IMG/VR virus record: IMGVR_UViG_3300033121_000366
DNA length: 64,000 bases
Source: an uncultured virus (IMG/VR IMGVR_UViG_3300033121_000366)
Taxonomy: Duplodnaviria; Heunggongvirae; Uroviricota; Caudoviricetes
Strand: one strand, 5' to 3'
How positions within the stretch are numbered: position 1 is the first letter of the stretch; each line of letters starts with the position of its first letter. Under the pieces are notes generated by a model. It was not told where the DNA came from. It made no database searches and saw only the letters and a program-made list of their open reading frames with translations. Positions 27,427-38,589 of the stretch are shown here, piece after piece. The position numbers and the translations under genes are program-made.

Positions 27427-28734
27427 TTATGCATCTTTTGAAAAATAATGTTTTGCTCCACCAGAAAACATTTTTGTACTACGTTTAGTTATTTTTTCCA
27501 TAGGTTCATCACCACCAGCCATCTTTAAAATCATAGCAGTTATTTGTGCCTTTTTAACCATATTTAAAACTTTAACTAATGTACCTATACCTAAACCTAT
27601 CAATGATAATGGTGCAGTTGCAGTAGCAGCCAATGCAGCAGCACCTTTAACAGCCCCATGATTTAGCATCATACGCAACGGTGTTTTCCAATTTTTCAAT
27701 AAACCGCCTTTACCACTGTGATGTATACCAGAATAAGTATAAACTAAAGATGTATATGGAAAACCACCTTCTGGTTTTTTAGGACCACCAGCAGCAGCAA
27801 TACCAGCCGCAAAACCTTTTAAACCTGTTTCAGTAACATTTTTTTCTATAATATCTAAAATATCACCAACTTTATAAACTGCTAATTCCACGCTATGGAA
27901 AATTTTAGCCTTAGTACCCTTTGGCATTGCACCATGTTCATGATCCCCTTGTTGCAATTCCTTTTTCATAACTTTATCAATTTTGTGTGTTATTTTTTTA
28001 AAAGTTTTTATAGATGGTTTAATTTTTAAATCTTCTGTTAATAAATCAAAAACGCCATATTCATTTAAAGATTCTTTAACCCCACTTTCAACTCCACTTT
28101 TAAATGCATTTTTTATTTTATCTTTTATACCTTCGAAAAATTTAATAACACTTTCGAAATACATTTTTTCTTCCTTTTTAGCCTTTTTTGCAGCCTTTTT
28201 AATATTATTATATTTCTGTATAGTCCATGTTGCTGCAACTCTTACATCTTTTTCTGCATCTTTTGTGAAAAGCATAAAACTTTTATTAAATTCTTTCAAT
28301 ACAACACCAATAAAATCTTTAACTGCAATTGCAGCATTTGCTATTTTTGTACCTACAGTTTTAATTTTTTGACCTGCACTTTTAAGTGTACTACCAATAG
28401 AACTAGAAGCCTTTTTAATACCATGTTTTATAACAGAAGGTGATTGTTTTATTTTATGCACAACATTTTTCATAAAATTACCTATACCCTCTATTAACAT
28501 CTCATCTGAACTATTGTTTATAAATTCTTTTAGTTCTAAAGATTCTTCTTCTGTAAAATATAACAAATCATTTGAAAAATTTAAAAGGAACTTTCTATCG
28601 GCAAATATATCTATAACCATATTTTCTGCCAATATATCTTCTTCATGCCCATGATATTCATTTAACCAATCTTGATATTCATCAAGAAATATATCATATT
28701 CACTTATTTCATTATATTCTAATATGTATTTCAT
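27427..28734 (-). CDS. putative internal virion protein
   Basis: MKYILEY..; several LNE/LIE/LTE sites; hydrophobic Ala/Gly-rich C-terminus. Confidence 0.6.
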   Translation of the reverse strand: MKYILEYNEISEYDIFLDEYQDWLNEYHGHEEDILAENMVIDIFADRKFLLNFSNDLLYFTEEESLELKEFINNSSDEMLIEGIGNFMKNVVHKIKQSPSVIKHGIKKASSSIGSTLKSAGQKIKTVGTKIANAAIAVKDFIGVVLKEFNKSFMLFTKDAEKDVRVAATWTIQKYNNIKKAAKKAKKEEKMYFESVIKFFEGIKDKIKNAFKSGVESGVKESLNEYGVFDLLTEDLKIKPSIKTFKKITHKIDKVMKKELQQGDHEHGAMPKGTKAKIFHSVELAVYKVGDILDIIEKNVTETGLKGFAAGIAAAGGPKKPEGGFPYTSLVYTYSGIHHSGKGGLLKNWKTPLRMMLNHGAVKGAAALAATATAPLSLIGLGIGTLVKVLNMVKKAQITAMILKMAGGDEPMEKITKRSTKMFSGGAKHYFSKDA

Positions 28735-29217
28735 TTATTTTAAAAATTTTTCAGTTATAACCATAAATTTCATATTTCTTGATTCTGCATACTCCTTTGC
28801 AGCTTTCCATTTTGCAATATTCTGAATATACATTTTCATAGCATAATTATAATTTTTTACTTTATTTAAAGTATGCCTTTTTGCTTCATAAATAGGTGCA
28901 CTAATTTGAGATTCTGGCTTAATCTCAATTAATACACTTTCTAATATACCATTAGAATTTATTATCTTAATATAAAAATCAATAAAATAATTATGAGTCT
29001 TTTCATCAATTGGATTTACATATTTAATACCAACTGGTTCAGAACTCCATTGTATTATTTTATCATTTTTATCACAATAAACCATAAATTTGTATTCGTA
29101 TGAGCTTCTATATATTATAGATGTCACATCGCCTAAATATTTTTCAGGGTATACTGGATTATAATAACCTTGGTAATAATTTTTGTTTGTAGGTAAAACT
29201 CGTTTTATACTATTCAT
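28735..29217 (-). CDS. gp4: head completion nuclease (T4 gp4-like)
   Basis: PEKYLGD..IIYRSSYE, WSSEP, YFIDF, IEIKP, AKWKAA, F.VITE. Confidence 0.9.
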   Translation of the reverse strand: MNSIKRVLPTNKNYYQGYYNPVYPEKYLGDVTSIIYRSSYEYKFMVYCDKNDKIIQWSSEPVGIKYVNPIDEKTHNYFIDFYIKIINSNGILESVLIEIKPESQISAPIYEAKRHTLNKVKNYNYAMKMYIQNIAKWKAAKEYAESRNMKFMVITEKFLK

Positions 29218-30043
29218 TGGTAGTATTAATTTTTATTCTATCTATTATTTTATATCCATAAAAAGTACCAGTTACAAAAAATCTTGTACTACATCCTAAT
29301 AATTCAATAACTTTTTTCTTTGTTAAAATTTCTATAATATCATGTTTTGGTGTTTCTATAATATATTTAGTAGTAGATGGATGCTTAGTACCTTTTAAAC
29401 TTTCACTTATACCTTGCCTGTGTTTATCTGTAAATTTTTTACCAAGCATAGGTTTTCTACCTTTATTTTTATTTCCTATCTTTGTTTTAGCATCATTAGA
29501 ATGTTTTTTACCCAACATATTTTTATTACCTTTCATTTTTTCACTTAATTTCATTTTATATTCTTCTGTATGATGTATTTTTCCGAATAAACTTTTTCCT
29601 ATTTTTAATTTAGTTTCTTCTGTTATAATTTGCAATTTTCTTTTTTCTTTAATTTTAATTACACTTTCTTTTGTATGTTTATGACCTAAAAAAGATTTTT
29701 TACCAGTATTTTTACCTTTATTATTATTTTTTATCTTTAATATGGATTCTTCTGTGTGTTTACATCCAGTAAAAAATGCTTTAGAAGGTTTAGCAATATT
29801 ATATCCTATTTTTCTATCTCTAGAATTGTAAAATTCTACCCAATAGTTTTCTCTTTCAAAAGCTTCTATTCCTTCAGGTACTATTTCTAAAATTTCTTTT
29901 GTAAAATTTTCTATACCATATTTTTTAATAGCTCTTTTGAATATTGTACCTGAACCGGCATATTCTTTTATAGGTCTATCATACATATCTTGACCTATAT
30001 AAATTTTACCATTAACTAGATTGGTTGTTTTATAAATTATCAT
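29210..30043 (-). CDS. GIY-YIG homing endonuclease (Seg-like) with NUMOD3 repeats
   Basis: IIYKTTNLVNGKIYIG, Y.GSG, GYNI; repeated G.KHT.E. Confidence 0.9.
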   Translation of the reverse strand: MIIYKTTNLVNGKIYIGQDMYDRPIKEYAGSGTIFKRAIKKYGIENFTKEILEIVPEGIEAFERENYWVEFYNSRDRKIGYNIAKPSKAFFTGCKHTEESILKIKNNNKGKNTGKKSFLGHKHTKESVIKIKEKRKLQIITEETKLKIGKSLFGKIHHTEEYKMKLSEKMKGNKNMLGKKHSNDAKTKIGNKNKGRKPMLGKKFTDKHRQGISESLKGTKHPSTTKYIIETPKHDIIEILTKKKVIELLGCSTRFFVTGTFYGYKIIDRIKINTTNE

Positions 30044-30055
30044 ATTTTATATGGT

Positions 30056-31039
30056 TCATCGGGTTAACATCTTTATATTTTCTATTCTTTTATTTACTAT
30101 ATTTTTCATAACAGTTAAAAATTTATCATAAATATTTTTATTATAATCTTTAAATAAATATTTATAAACATTTATAAAATGAACCTTTTCAGAATATTTA
30201 TCAGGATTATTAATTATATTTAAAATATCATCATAAGATAATTTATCATTATAATGTAACTGTTTTACAGTTTCATGCGCATATGCATCAATCTCATATT
30301 CATTTGAATAATATTGTTGATCTATATTCATTTTATTTAAATTTATCATAGCATTTGTATTCTTGACATGTTTTCTATAATCACTTAACATTAAATTAGG
30401 ATTTAATTTATGTTGTAGATAATGTACAGTTTCATGATAAAATGTTATGGACAATTCATTTAACATTTTATGAAAAGTTTTCTCATCGCTAAAAATAAAT
30501 TTATGAAAAGTTGTGTTATCAAAAAAATTATTGAAATATATTATTATATCATTATTAGCATTAAATATATATTCACCAGCAACTTTAAATCTCTCATTAC
30601 CTTTTGGGTGTTTAGTTAAATCAAAAACTACATACTTCATATCATACCCATCAAAAACTATTTTTAAATGATCTATTAGTTCAGAATCACTTAAAAATTT
30701 TAATGGTTTATTATTTTTATAATTATTTTCTAAATTTTTAGATTCATATTCTAATATAGTTTTTCTAAATTCTGATATTATATAAAAAAATCTATCGTAT
30801 TCATCATCCAATAACCTAAAATTTTCAAAAATTGCACTATTATCTAATGATTCTTTTAATTTAATAGATTGTAATTCAGATAAAACTTTTTTATAACCAT
30901 TTATTCTAAATGTTTTTAATTGTAATAATCCATATTTAGATAATGATATTTTATAATCAAAATTATTTTTTATATAATTAGACAAATTATTATCTAAACC
31001 TTCATTTAAAAAATTCTCATATTCTAAAATATATTTCAT
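30056..31039 (-). CDS. putative internal virion protein with HExxH metallopeptidase-like motif
   Basis: MKYILEYENFLNE; YHETVHYLQ...EIDAY. Confidence 0.65.
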   Translation of the reverse strand: MKYILEYENFLNEGLDNNLSNYIKNNFDYKISLSKYGLLQLKTFRINGYKKVLSELQSIKLKESLDNSAIFENFRLLDDEYDRFFYIISEFRKTILEYESKNLENNYKNNKPLKFLSDSELIDHLKIVFDGYDMKYVVFDLTKHPKGNERFKVAGEYIFNANNDIIIYFNNFFDNTTFHKFIFSDEKTFHKMLNELSITFYHETVHYLQHKLNPNLMLSDYRKHVKNTNAMINLNKMNIDQQYYSNEYEIDAYAHETVKQLHYNDKLSYDDILNIINNPDKYSEKVHFINVYKYLFKDYNKNIYDKFLTVMKNIVNKRIENIKMLTR

Positions 31040-31275
31040 TAATTTAATCTTTTGTAATTTTTACCAGCTGCATTTCGTATATAATTTACTGCTTTCCCAC
31101 TAGAATGTTTTAAGATATTTTTAAATTTTTTAATAATAAAATCATTCACATAAAATTCATATTCTACCTTATCTATAAACATATCAATTATACCGTGAGA
31201 ATTTACTGATACTATTCTAACTACAGGTGATTCCTTTTCGTTTAGAAAATTCTCATATTCTAAAATATATTCCAT
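31039..31275 (-). CDS. small putative internal virion protein
   Basis: MEYILEYENFLNE. Confidence 0.65.
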   Translation of the reverse strand: MEYILEYENFLNEKESPVVRIVSVNSHGIIDMFIDKVEYEFYVNDFIIKKFKNILKHSSGKAVNYIRNAAGKNYKRLN

Positions 31276-31297
31276 TTTTGTACGTTTTTATTCAAAT

Positions 31298-31317
31298 AAT
31301 ATATACACTTATATATT
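31298..31317. promoter_or_regulatory. two opposed AATATATA motifs between divergent genes
   Basis: AATATATA-CACT-TATATATT. Confidence 0.55.
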
Positions 31318-31348
31318 TAAAATATTTAATAAAAAAACAAGGAGATTT

Positions 31349-32680
31349 TTGATGAGAAAGGCATTATTATTGCTTATTGGTTTATTATTCAGTGCTAATA
31401 TTGTATTAGCAGATGGATTTAAAGATGTTAAAACATCATATTTTTGGGGTAGAACATATAGTATTGGATATGAAGATTTGAATCCAGCTATTTCGGATAG
31501 TTGTTATTTTGCAATTTCTAAAAATGATACAAACTATACTCGATTGACTGATAATTTTGGTTGGAGAGCGCCTATTACCAAAGATGTTAGTTTGTCTATT
31601 AATTCAATAGGCTCACGTTGGATAAGCTTATACGCTAATCCTAACGGTAGTTGGTTACAATATGAGAAATTCTCAACAACTTTTAGATTTGCTGATCCTG
31701 TGACATTTACAGTTGTACCTGATACTATTTATAATGGTGGCAATTATTATTTAACATTTGAAGGTAATGAAGATCAATTACCTCAAACATTACGTATCGA
31801 ATATTCTTATAATTCTATTGATTGGTCATTTTATACATATGTTGGTAGAGGAATAACACGTAGTTTAAACTTTGAAAATACATTTATTAATAAAAATATA
31901 AAATTCAGAGTAACATATATTGATACATCATATTCTTTAGGTGAAACACCTTATATTCCATTTAAAAACTATACACCATACTTTGAATTAAAAACACAAG
32001 GTGGTCAAAAGAATTTAAATGATAAAACAAATATTTATTGGGAAAAATCATACGACTTTAGTGTTGTACATTACAAATTATATTTTAATGATACATTAAT
32101 TGTTAATAATAATTATGTTAGCGATGGTATAGAATTAAATTTTGCAAAAAATGGCAGATATAATGTTGTTTGTTTAGTCGAATCAAAAACACATAGATTT
32201 GAAAAAAGTATATCATTTACAGTTGGTGATCCATGTGAAGAAGCAATCAAAACTAATAAAATTTTAAATGATTCTATTGTAAAACTAAATAGAAACATTT
32301 CAGGATTAAATACTGAACTATTAACTAAAGATTCTATAATTAGAGTTAGAAATAATAAAATAGAGTATTTAACTAGATTTATTCGTGATAGTTCCACTAT
32401 TAAATTAATTTACACTAATGATAGTGTTACATCAGTCAAAGATGAGAAATATACTATCGATGTTAGAAATGATTTAAAATTGACTGACAATTTTATAGTT
32501 TTACCTGATAATAATACAGACAATATTAAATGGTGGTTGTTTACTTTGGATGGCAAATTAGTGAAATATGGTAATAATCAATATAATAATAAAATTGATA
32601 TTACAGTTATTAATAATGGTACATATTTTCTATACCTTTCAACAAGCAAAGAATATATAGTCTACAAATTTAATAAATAA
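31349..32680 (+). CDS. secreted protein with T9SS (Por) type-A C-terminal sorting domain
   Basis: Signal peptide ending VLA-D; C-terminus LFTLDGKLV...IDIT..NNGTYFL......YKFNK. Confidence 0.8.
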   Translation: MMRKALLLLIGLLFSANIVLADGFKDVKTSYFWGRTYSIGYEDLNPAISDSCYFAISKNDTNYTRLTDNFGWRAPITKDVSLSINSIGSRWISLYANPNGSWLQYEKFSTTFRFADPVTFTVVPDTIYNGGNYYLTFEGNEDQLPQTLRIEYSYNSIDWSFYTYVGRGITRSLNFENTFINKNIKFRVTYIDTSYSLGETPYIPFKNYTPYFELKTQGGQKNLNDKTNIYWEKSYDFSVVHYKLYFNDTLIVNNNYVSDGIELNFAKNGRYNVVCLVESKTHRFEKSISFTVGDPCEEAIKTNKILNDSIVKLNRNISGLNTELLTKDSIIRVRNNKIEYLTRFIRDSSTIKLIYTNDSVTSVKDEKYTIDVRNDLKLTDNFIVLPDNNTDNIKWWLFTLDGKLVKYGNNQYNNKIDITVINNGTYFLYLSTSKEYIVYKFNK

Positions 32681-32704
32681 TTTCACCTTTTCATAATCAC
32701 CACA

Positions 32705-32740
32705 CCCTCATTCTTTAATTAGAATGAGGGTTTTTTATTT
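32705..32740 (+). terminator. rho-independent terminator
   Basis: CCCTCATTCT/AGAATGAGGG plus T-run. Confidence 0.9.
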
Positions 32741-32802
32741 TTAATATAAAAAACTTTTTTAAAAATTTTAAAATAGTATTTTAAAAAATACATATATAGT
32801 GT

Positions 32803-33033
32803 ATGTCATGTATGTCAAAAAATAAAGGAATAAATATCATGGTTACAAAAGTAACAACTGTTAGAATACCTACAGAGGTGCAAGAATTAGCTAATACTCT
32901 TATTTTATATAGAGCTTATAGAAAAAAAGTAAAAGCAGAATCGTTTAGTTCACTGATAAAAAACTTAATAATTGAAGGTTGGGAAAGAGAAAAGAAAATT
33001 ATTGCTCAAAGTAAAGAGGAGAGACTAAAATGA
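32803..33033 (+). CDS. putative ribbon-helix-helix regulator
   Basis: KVTTVRIP beta strand, SFSSLIKNLI helix; ATGA overlap with gmd. Confidence 0.55.
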   Translation: MSCMSKNKGINIMVTKVTTVRIPTEVQELANTLILYRAYRKKVKAESFSSLIKNLIIEGWEREKKIIAQSKEERLK

Positions 33034-34112
33034 AAAAAGCATTAATTACTGGAATTTCAGGACAATCAGGTTCATACCTTAGCGAATTTCTACTTTCAAA
33101 AGGATATGAAATTCATGGAATTATAAGAAGAAGTTCCTCATTCAATACTGGTAAAATTGACCATATATTTGATCAATTGAATTTACATTATGGTGATGTA
33201 TCAGATTCAGAATCAATATCACACATTATACAAAATGAAAAGCCTGATGAAATATATCATTTGGCTGCTCAATCACATGTCCAAGTATCATTTAATGTTC
33301 CAGAATATACTTCAAATGTAACTGGAATAGGAACATTAAGAATATTAGAGGCAATAAGAAGAAGTAACCGTGATATTAAATTTTACCAAGCAAGTAGTTC
33401 TGAACTTTTTGGTAGTTCTCCTGCCCCACAAAATGAAATGACACAATTTAAACCACAGAGCCCATATGCAGTATCTAAACTTATGGCTTACTGGAATACT
33501 GTCAATTATAGAGATGGTTACGACATATTTGCTTCAAATGGTATTTTGTTTAACCATGAAAGTCCACGTCGTGGTGAAACGTTTGTGACTAGAAAAATAA
33601 CATTAGGTTTATCAAGAATATTAGCAGGTAAACAAACTACTGTTCAATTAGGAAATTTAAATGCAAAAAGAGATTGGGGTTTAGCTGCTGAATATGTTAA
33701 AGCAATGTGGTTGATATTACAACAAGAGAAGTCTAGTGATTATGTAATAGGTACTGGTGAATCACATACAATAAAACAATTTATAGAAGAATGTTTAAAT
33801 TATATTGGTTTAGAATATTATAATAATGATATTGGTGAATACTTTATTAAAAATAAAAATGAATGGAATATACCAATTGGTCAAAAAATAATATCTAGAA
33901 ATCCAAAATATTATAGACCTACAGAAGTTAATCACCTAGAAGCTGATATAACAAAAATGAAAAATGTATTAAAATGGGAACCAAAAATTAAATTTAAAGA
34001 ATTGGTTTCAATTATGATGGATTTTGATATGATGAAAGAGAATTTAATACCAATAGGTGGTAGTATAGAAATAGTTTTAACTCCAGAATTTAATTTTACA
34101 ATAATGAAATAA
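33030..34112 (+). CDS. gmd: GDP-mannose 4,6-dehydratase
   Basis: ALITGISGQ.GSYL, AAQSHV, FYQASSSELFG, SPYAVSK, GILFNHESPRRGETFVTRKI. Confidence 0.97.
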   Translation: MKKALITGISGQSGSYLSEFLLSKGYEIHGIIRRSSSFNTGKIDHIFDQLNLHYGDVSDSESISHIIQNEKPDEIYHLAAQSHVQVSFNVPEYTSNVTGIGTLRILEAIRRSNRDIKFYQASSSELFGSSPAPQNEMTQFKPQSPYAVSKLMAYWNTVNYRDGYDIFASNGILFNHESPRRGETFVTRKITLGLSRILAGKQTTVQLGNLNAKRDWGLAAEYVKAMWLILQQEKSSDYVIGTGESHTIKQFIEECLNYIGLEYYNNDIGEYFIKNKNEWNIPIGQKIISRNPKYYRPTEVNHLEADITKMKNVLKWEPKIKFKELVSIMMDFDMMKENLIPIGGSIEIVLTPEFNFTIMK

Positions 34113-34157
34113 TTTTGTCACAAAAATAGACAAGATTTATGACAAATAAAAATATAA

Positions 34158-34706
<549 letters not shown>

Positions 34707-34709
34707 AAT

Positions 34710-34928
34710 GTGTATTATGTATATGGTTATTATGATGAAATTGGTAATCCATTTTACATAGGTAAGGGTAAAAATAATAGAATGTTTTATCATTTATATG
34801 AGAGTCAAAATAAAAGAAAAGATAAAACTGTATACAATAAACATAAAACAAATAAGATAAAATCTATAATTGATAAAATTGGTATAGATAATTTTATAGA
34901 AAATAATATTAAAATAATATTAAAATAA
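34710..34928 (+). pseudogene. truncated GIY-YIG endonuclease remnant
   Basis: YYVY..PFYIGKG..R...H then stop at 72 aa, before the catalytic Glu/Asn region. Confidence 0.65.
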
Positions 34929-34998
34929 TTATAAGCAATTTTGGTTGGGAACCAAAAGTTAATATAGTTTGGTATAAAACAAGTATTTAAAGATTACA

Positions 34999-35030
34999 AA
35001 AAAGCCCTTAAAAAAAATTTAAGGGCTTTT
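34999..35030. terminator. bidirectional terminator between convergent genes
   Basis: AAAAGCCCTTAAA/TTTAAGGGCTTTT. Confidence 0.85.
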
Positions 35031-35041
35031 ATCAATCATAT

Positions 35042-35248
35042 TTATTTATTTCTTCTACCATTAGTCATGCCATGTGCTATTCCCAATGCACCAGCACCTA
35101 TCATTGCTGTACCTAATGCATATTTGCCAGAATGTTTCTTAAAATGTTTTGAGATTTTACCTTCATTAATATATTTAGATACCACAGAAGCTAAACATTC
35201 TATAGTATTACATTCCGATTCACTTAATATTTTTTTTAATGTATTCAT
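35042..35248 (-). CDS. small protein with hydrophobic C-terminus
   Basis: MNTLKKILSE...YINE; AATATATA motif upstream (~35301). Confidence 0.6.
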   Translation of the reverse strand: MNTLKKILSESECNTIECLASVVSKYINEGKISKHFKKHSGKYALGTAMIGAGALGIAHGMTNGRRNK

Positions 35249-35332
35249 ATATGGGAAATTATTTTTAAAATTTATCTGATAAGAATTTACCAGTTTTACC
35301 TATATATTTATAATAGTTATTTATTTTATTTT

Positions 35333-35677
35333 TTATATATTTAAGTTATTAGAACTTAATGATATAAACGTGTTAGATTTACCTTTTGAAATTTTCTTCC
35401 AGCCTTTAGCACCACCACATTTAATTAATTGTGTATAATAAGAAAAACAATTAGCATTTGGATGTGTTGGATCATATCTATCCCAATATTTGAGAACATC
35501 AAATGCAGCTTCAGCCATAACATCCTTTTTATCTTCTTCGTGTTGATATCTCATTTGTCTTGGAATTTCTTTTACCATTTTTAATAAAAGTTCAACTGCT
35601 CTATCAGTTAAAACTTTATTTTCTAATGAAATTAATATCTCAGCTTCTAATTCTTTTCTATTTACATAATTTGCCAT
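35333..35677 (-). CDS. gp55: late-transcription sigma factor (T4 gp55-like)
   Basis: NYVN.KEL, YDP...N.FSYYTQ. Confidence 0.8.
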   Translation of the reverse strand: MANYVNRKELEAEILISLENKVLTDRAVELLLKMVKEIPRQMRYQHEEDKKDVMAEAAFDVLKYWDRYDPTHPNANCFSYYTQLIKCGGAKGWKKISKGKSNTFISLSSNNLNI

Positions 35678-35687
35678 TATAAATTCC

Positions 35688-36029
35688 TTATTTAATATTT
35701 TTAATCTCGTTATTTATAGATTCTTTAAATGATTTTAATTTTGTTATTACAGAATTAATTGTTTGGTCATTTATTTTACTGTATGATTCTAAATACTTTT
35801 CTAAATCACCTAAACTATTAATATTTGCATCTATCTTGGAAATTATATCATTTAATACTTTTTTATCATCTTTTATAATTTTTTCATCAGGATTAACTAT
35901 AAATTTTCTATTATCATCTTTATTAGATTTAAATTTACCTTTAACACCCCAATTAACGTTATCGCTAGATGCAGTTGGTACTAATTGTTCTTCATTTGTT
36001 TTTAACCATTCTTCTAATGATAATATCAT
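35688..36029 (-). CDS. hypothetical virion-associated protein
   Basis: MILSLEEWLKTNE. Confidence 0.6.
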   Translation of the reverse strand: MILSLEEWLKTNEEQLVPTASSDNVNWGVKGKFKSNKDDNRKFIVNPDEKIIKDDKKVLNDIISKIDANINSLGDLEKYLESYSKINDQTINSVITKLKSFKESINNEIKNIK

Positions 36030-36049
36030 AATTAAAAATATTTTTAAAA

Positions 36050-38512
36050 TTATTTACCGCTATTTAATTTCTTTGCAGCATCTTTAGCCATTTTAATGAT
36101 ATCATCATTCGTATTTGGTTCAGCTGTTGTAACTTTTGGTTTAATTTTAAATTTAAAACCAGTTCCACCCTTTTCTATTTCAAAAGATTTAAAATCTTCA
36201 GACATTTTACCTTTTAATTCATCGGAAGCTTTTTTAGCAACCTTTTCAATATCAGATAATTTGGAAGCTAATTCATCTTTTATAATTTCTAAGGCATCTT
36301 TTGGTAATTCTAATGTGGTACCCTCATCTGTTAAAAGAGAAACCATACCAGTAACACCATTAATACCTGTAACTTTTGCTACTATGCCACTACTTTTAAC
36401 TTTAACTTGATCATTAACCTTTAATGAACCATCATCCTTTACAATACTATCAACATCAGATTCATTCATCTTTTGTTTACAATCATTTATTACAGTTTGT
36501 AATGATTTTAAATCTTGGTCTAATGTTTGTGCAAATATTTTAGATTTAAATTCTTGCTCATCTCTCATATCATTATAATACAAGATTGTATACCATTTAC
36601 CATTTTTAGAATCATTTTTTTGTTTAACAAAACAAACAACATCTGTATGATTTACATTTAATGTTAATTCATTTGGGTATCTATTTAATGCTGGTGGTAA
36701 TGCTGCACCTGGAAAACTTTTAGTAATTAATTTTTTCTCATCATCTGTAAAATCCAATAAAACTTGTCCGGAGAAAAATTTTACTATTTTTGCACCAATA
36801 TATCTCATCACACCTTCATTTAGTTCAGATTCTCCAATTGGAGTTTCTTTTTTAGCAGAATCTATTTTATTTTGTAATTTATTTTTAAATTTATCACTAA
36901 CATTATAGTTAGGAGAAAAATTTTTATATGGTGTAAATTTTGTATCGAAATTTTTACCACCGGTAACATTATGATCTATTTTTGTAGAAGGATTTGATGT
37001 ATTTTGTAATTTAATTATAGCAACAGAAATATCATTATATTTTGCTTTTAATGCTTCTATTTGTTCATTAATTGTTTTAATTATACCTGACTCTTCCAAT
37101 TTATTAACAGGTAAAAGATTTTTTTGTTTAACGATATCAATTTTTTTAAATTGTTCATTTAATAATTCGATAGCATTTTGTATATCTTCTTGTGTTTTTC
37201 TTAATTTTGCTATCTCTGCTTGATCACCTTCTAAAAATTCATAAAGAGTTTCGCTTATATCATAACCCATATGTTCCAGAATTTCATTTCTAACTTGTAG
37301 GCACGTACCTTCTTTAATGTTATTGACATTCATTGCTGGATTAGTTAAATGAACATAATAATCCTCATTTAATTTAAATAAAGTTGCGGATAATCCTGTA
37401 AATTTATTACTATAAATTTCTTTACCAAAATCTATATTAATCAATGTACTGAAGTTTTCCCAAATTTTATTAATAACTACTAAATCATTTCCATATGATG
37501 TAAATAATCCACATTGTGCTAAAAATGCTCTAGGCTCATTACCGTTGATCTCCTTTTCATTTAAAAATGCTTTATTTGTTCCATCCGGATGTTGTTTGAA
37601 TGCAATAGTTTCTTTTCCTAATTTAATAGTCAAAGTATTTTCATTAACAAATGTTTTTCCACTTGATAAGTATTTAGAAATTTGAATATAATCGGAAGGT
37701 AATTGATTATATTTTTCTTCTGATAAAACACCAAATTTATTATTTTCTAAATTATAGAAAACACCATTATGATAAAATGTTTTACTTTTATCTTCATTTA
37801 CAAAAATAAATGAATTTATCGGTTTAACTGAAAAATTACTATTTTCTTTTAATAAGAAGTCGTTTTTATTATCAGAATGTTTTTGAAGAATAGTTACCAA
37901 TTCTCGCATTGTTGGTTCAAATTGATATTTATTCATTTCATTCATCAGCTCATTTCTAGTAATAGTACCTAAATAGACATATTCATCTATCATTTCTAAA
38001 ATATTACCATATAAACTATTATTTCTATTATTTTGCAAGATTAGTTTACCTCGTAATAAACTTAAACTTTCATTATTTTCTGCAATATATGAAGTTATTT
38101 TCTTAATATGTTTATCTACTTGTGGTAAATAATCAAACGGTTTAACAGTATTTAAAAAGTGCTCTACAATATAAGTAACAGGTTGAGTTTTATTATCATA
38201 TACAACTTTTAATTGATTTAAAGATGTTGCTAAAAATGGATTAGAATTTAAAATATTAGGTTGTAATATTTCAGATAAAGCTTCATTGATGCCAATATCA
38301 TTTAATTCATCTATTCTATTTTCTACTCTAATAAATTCTACGATTAAACTTGAATGTTGTTTAATCTTATTTAGGTTTTCCAAAATTATTTTTCTTAATG
38401 ATGGATCATTATCAGGTAAAGAAGTTTCAAATATACCTTTGCATGATTCCTTAACAGAATCTAATTTAGTTGTATCAATCAATTTTACAATTCGTTCTTT
38501 GAATGTTTTCAT
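36050..38512 (-). CDS. large putative head/virion protein
   Basis: 820 aa, coiled coils, many xNE sites, AATATATA motif upstream (~38548). Confidence 0.65.
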   Translation of the reverse strand: MKTFKERIVKLIDTTKLDSVKESCKGIFETSLPDNDPSLRKIILENLNKIKQHSSLIVEFIRVENRIDELNDIGINEALSEILQPNILNSNPFLATSLNQLKVVYDNKTQPVTYIVEHFLNTVKPFDYLPQVDKHIKKITSYIAENNESLSLLRGKLILQNNRNNSLYGNILEMIDEYVYLGTITRNELMNEMNKYQFEPTMRELVTILQKHSDNKNDFLLKENSNFSVKPINSFIFVNEDKSKTFYHNGVFYNLENNKFGVLSEEKYNQLPSDYIQISKYLSSGKTFVNENTLTIKLGKETIAFKQHPDGTNKAFLNEKEINGNEPRAFLAQCGLFTSYGNDLVVINKIWENFSTLINIDFGKEIYSNKFTGLSATLFKLNEDYYVHLTNPAMNVNNIKEGTCLQVRNEILEHMGYDISETLYEFLEGDQAEIAKLRKTQEDIQNAIELLNEQFKKIDIVKQKNLLPVNKLEESGIIKTINEQIEALKAKYNDISVAIIKLQNTSNPSTKIDHNVTGGKNFDTKFTPYKNFSPNYNVSDKFKNKLQNKIDSAKKETPIGESELNEGVMRYIGAKIVKFFSGQVLLDFTDDEKKLITKSFPGAALPPALNRYPNELTLNVNHTDVVCFVKQKNDSKNGKWYTILYYNDMRDEQEFKSKIFAQTLDQDLKSLQTVINDCKQKMNESDVDSIVKDDGSLKVNDQVKVKSSGIVAKVTGINGVTGMVSLLTDEGTTLELPKDALEIIKDELASKLSDIEKVAKKASDELKGKMSEDFKSFEIEKGGTGFKFKIKPKVTTAEPNTNDDIIKMAKDAAKKLNSGK

Positions 38513-38589
38513 GTATTAATCTAATTTTTAATATTTCGTAATAAACTTATATATTATTATGCTTGAAACGTTTAATTTATTTTTTATAA

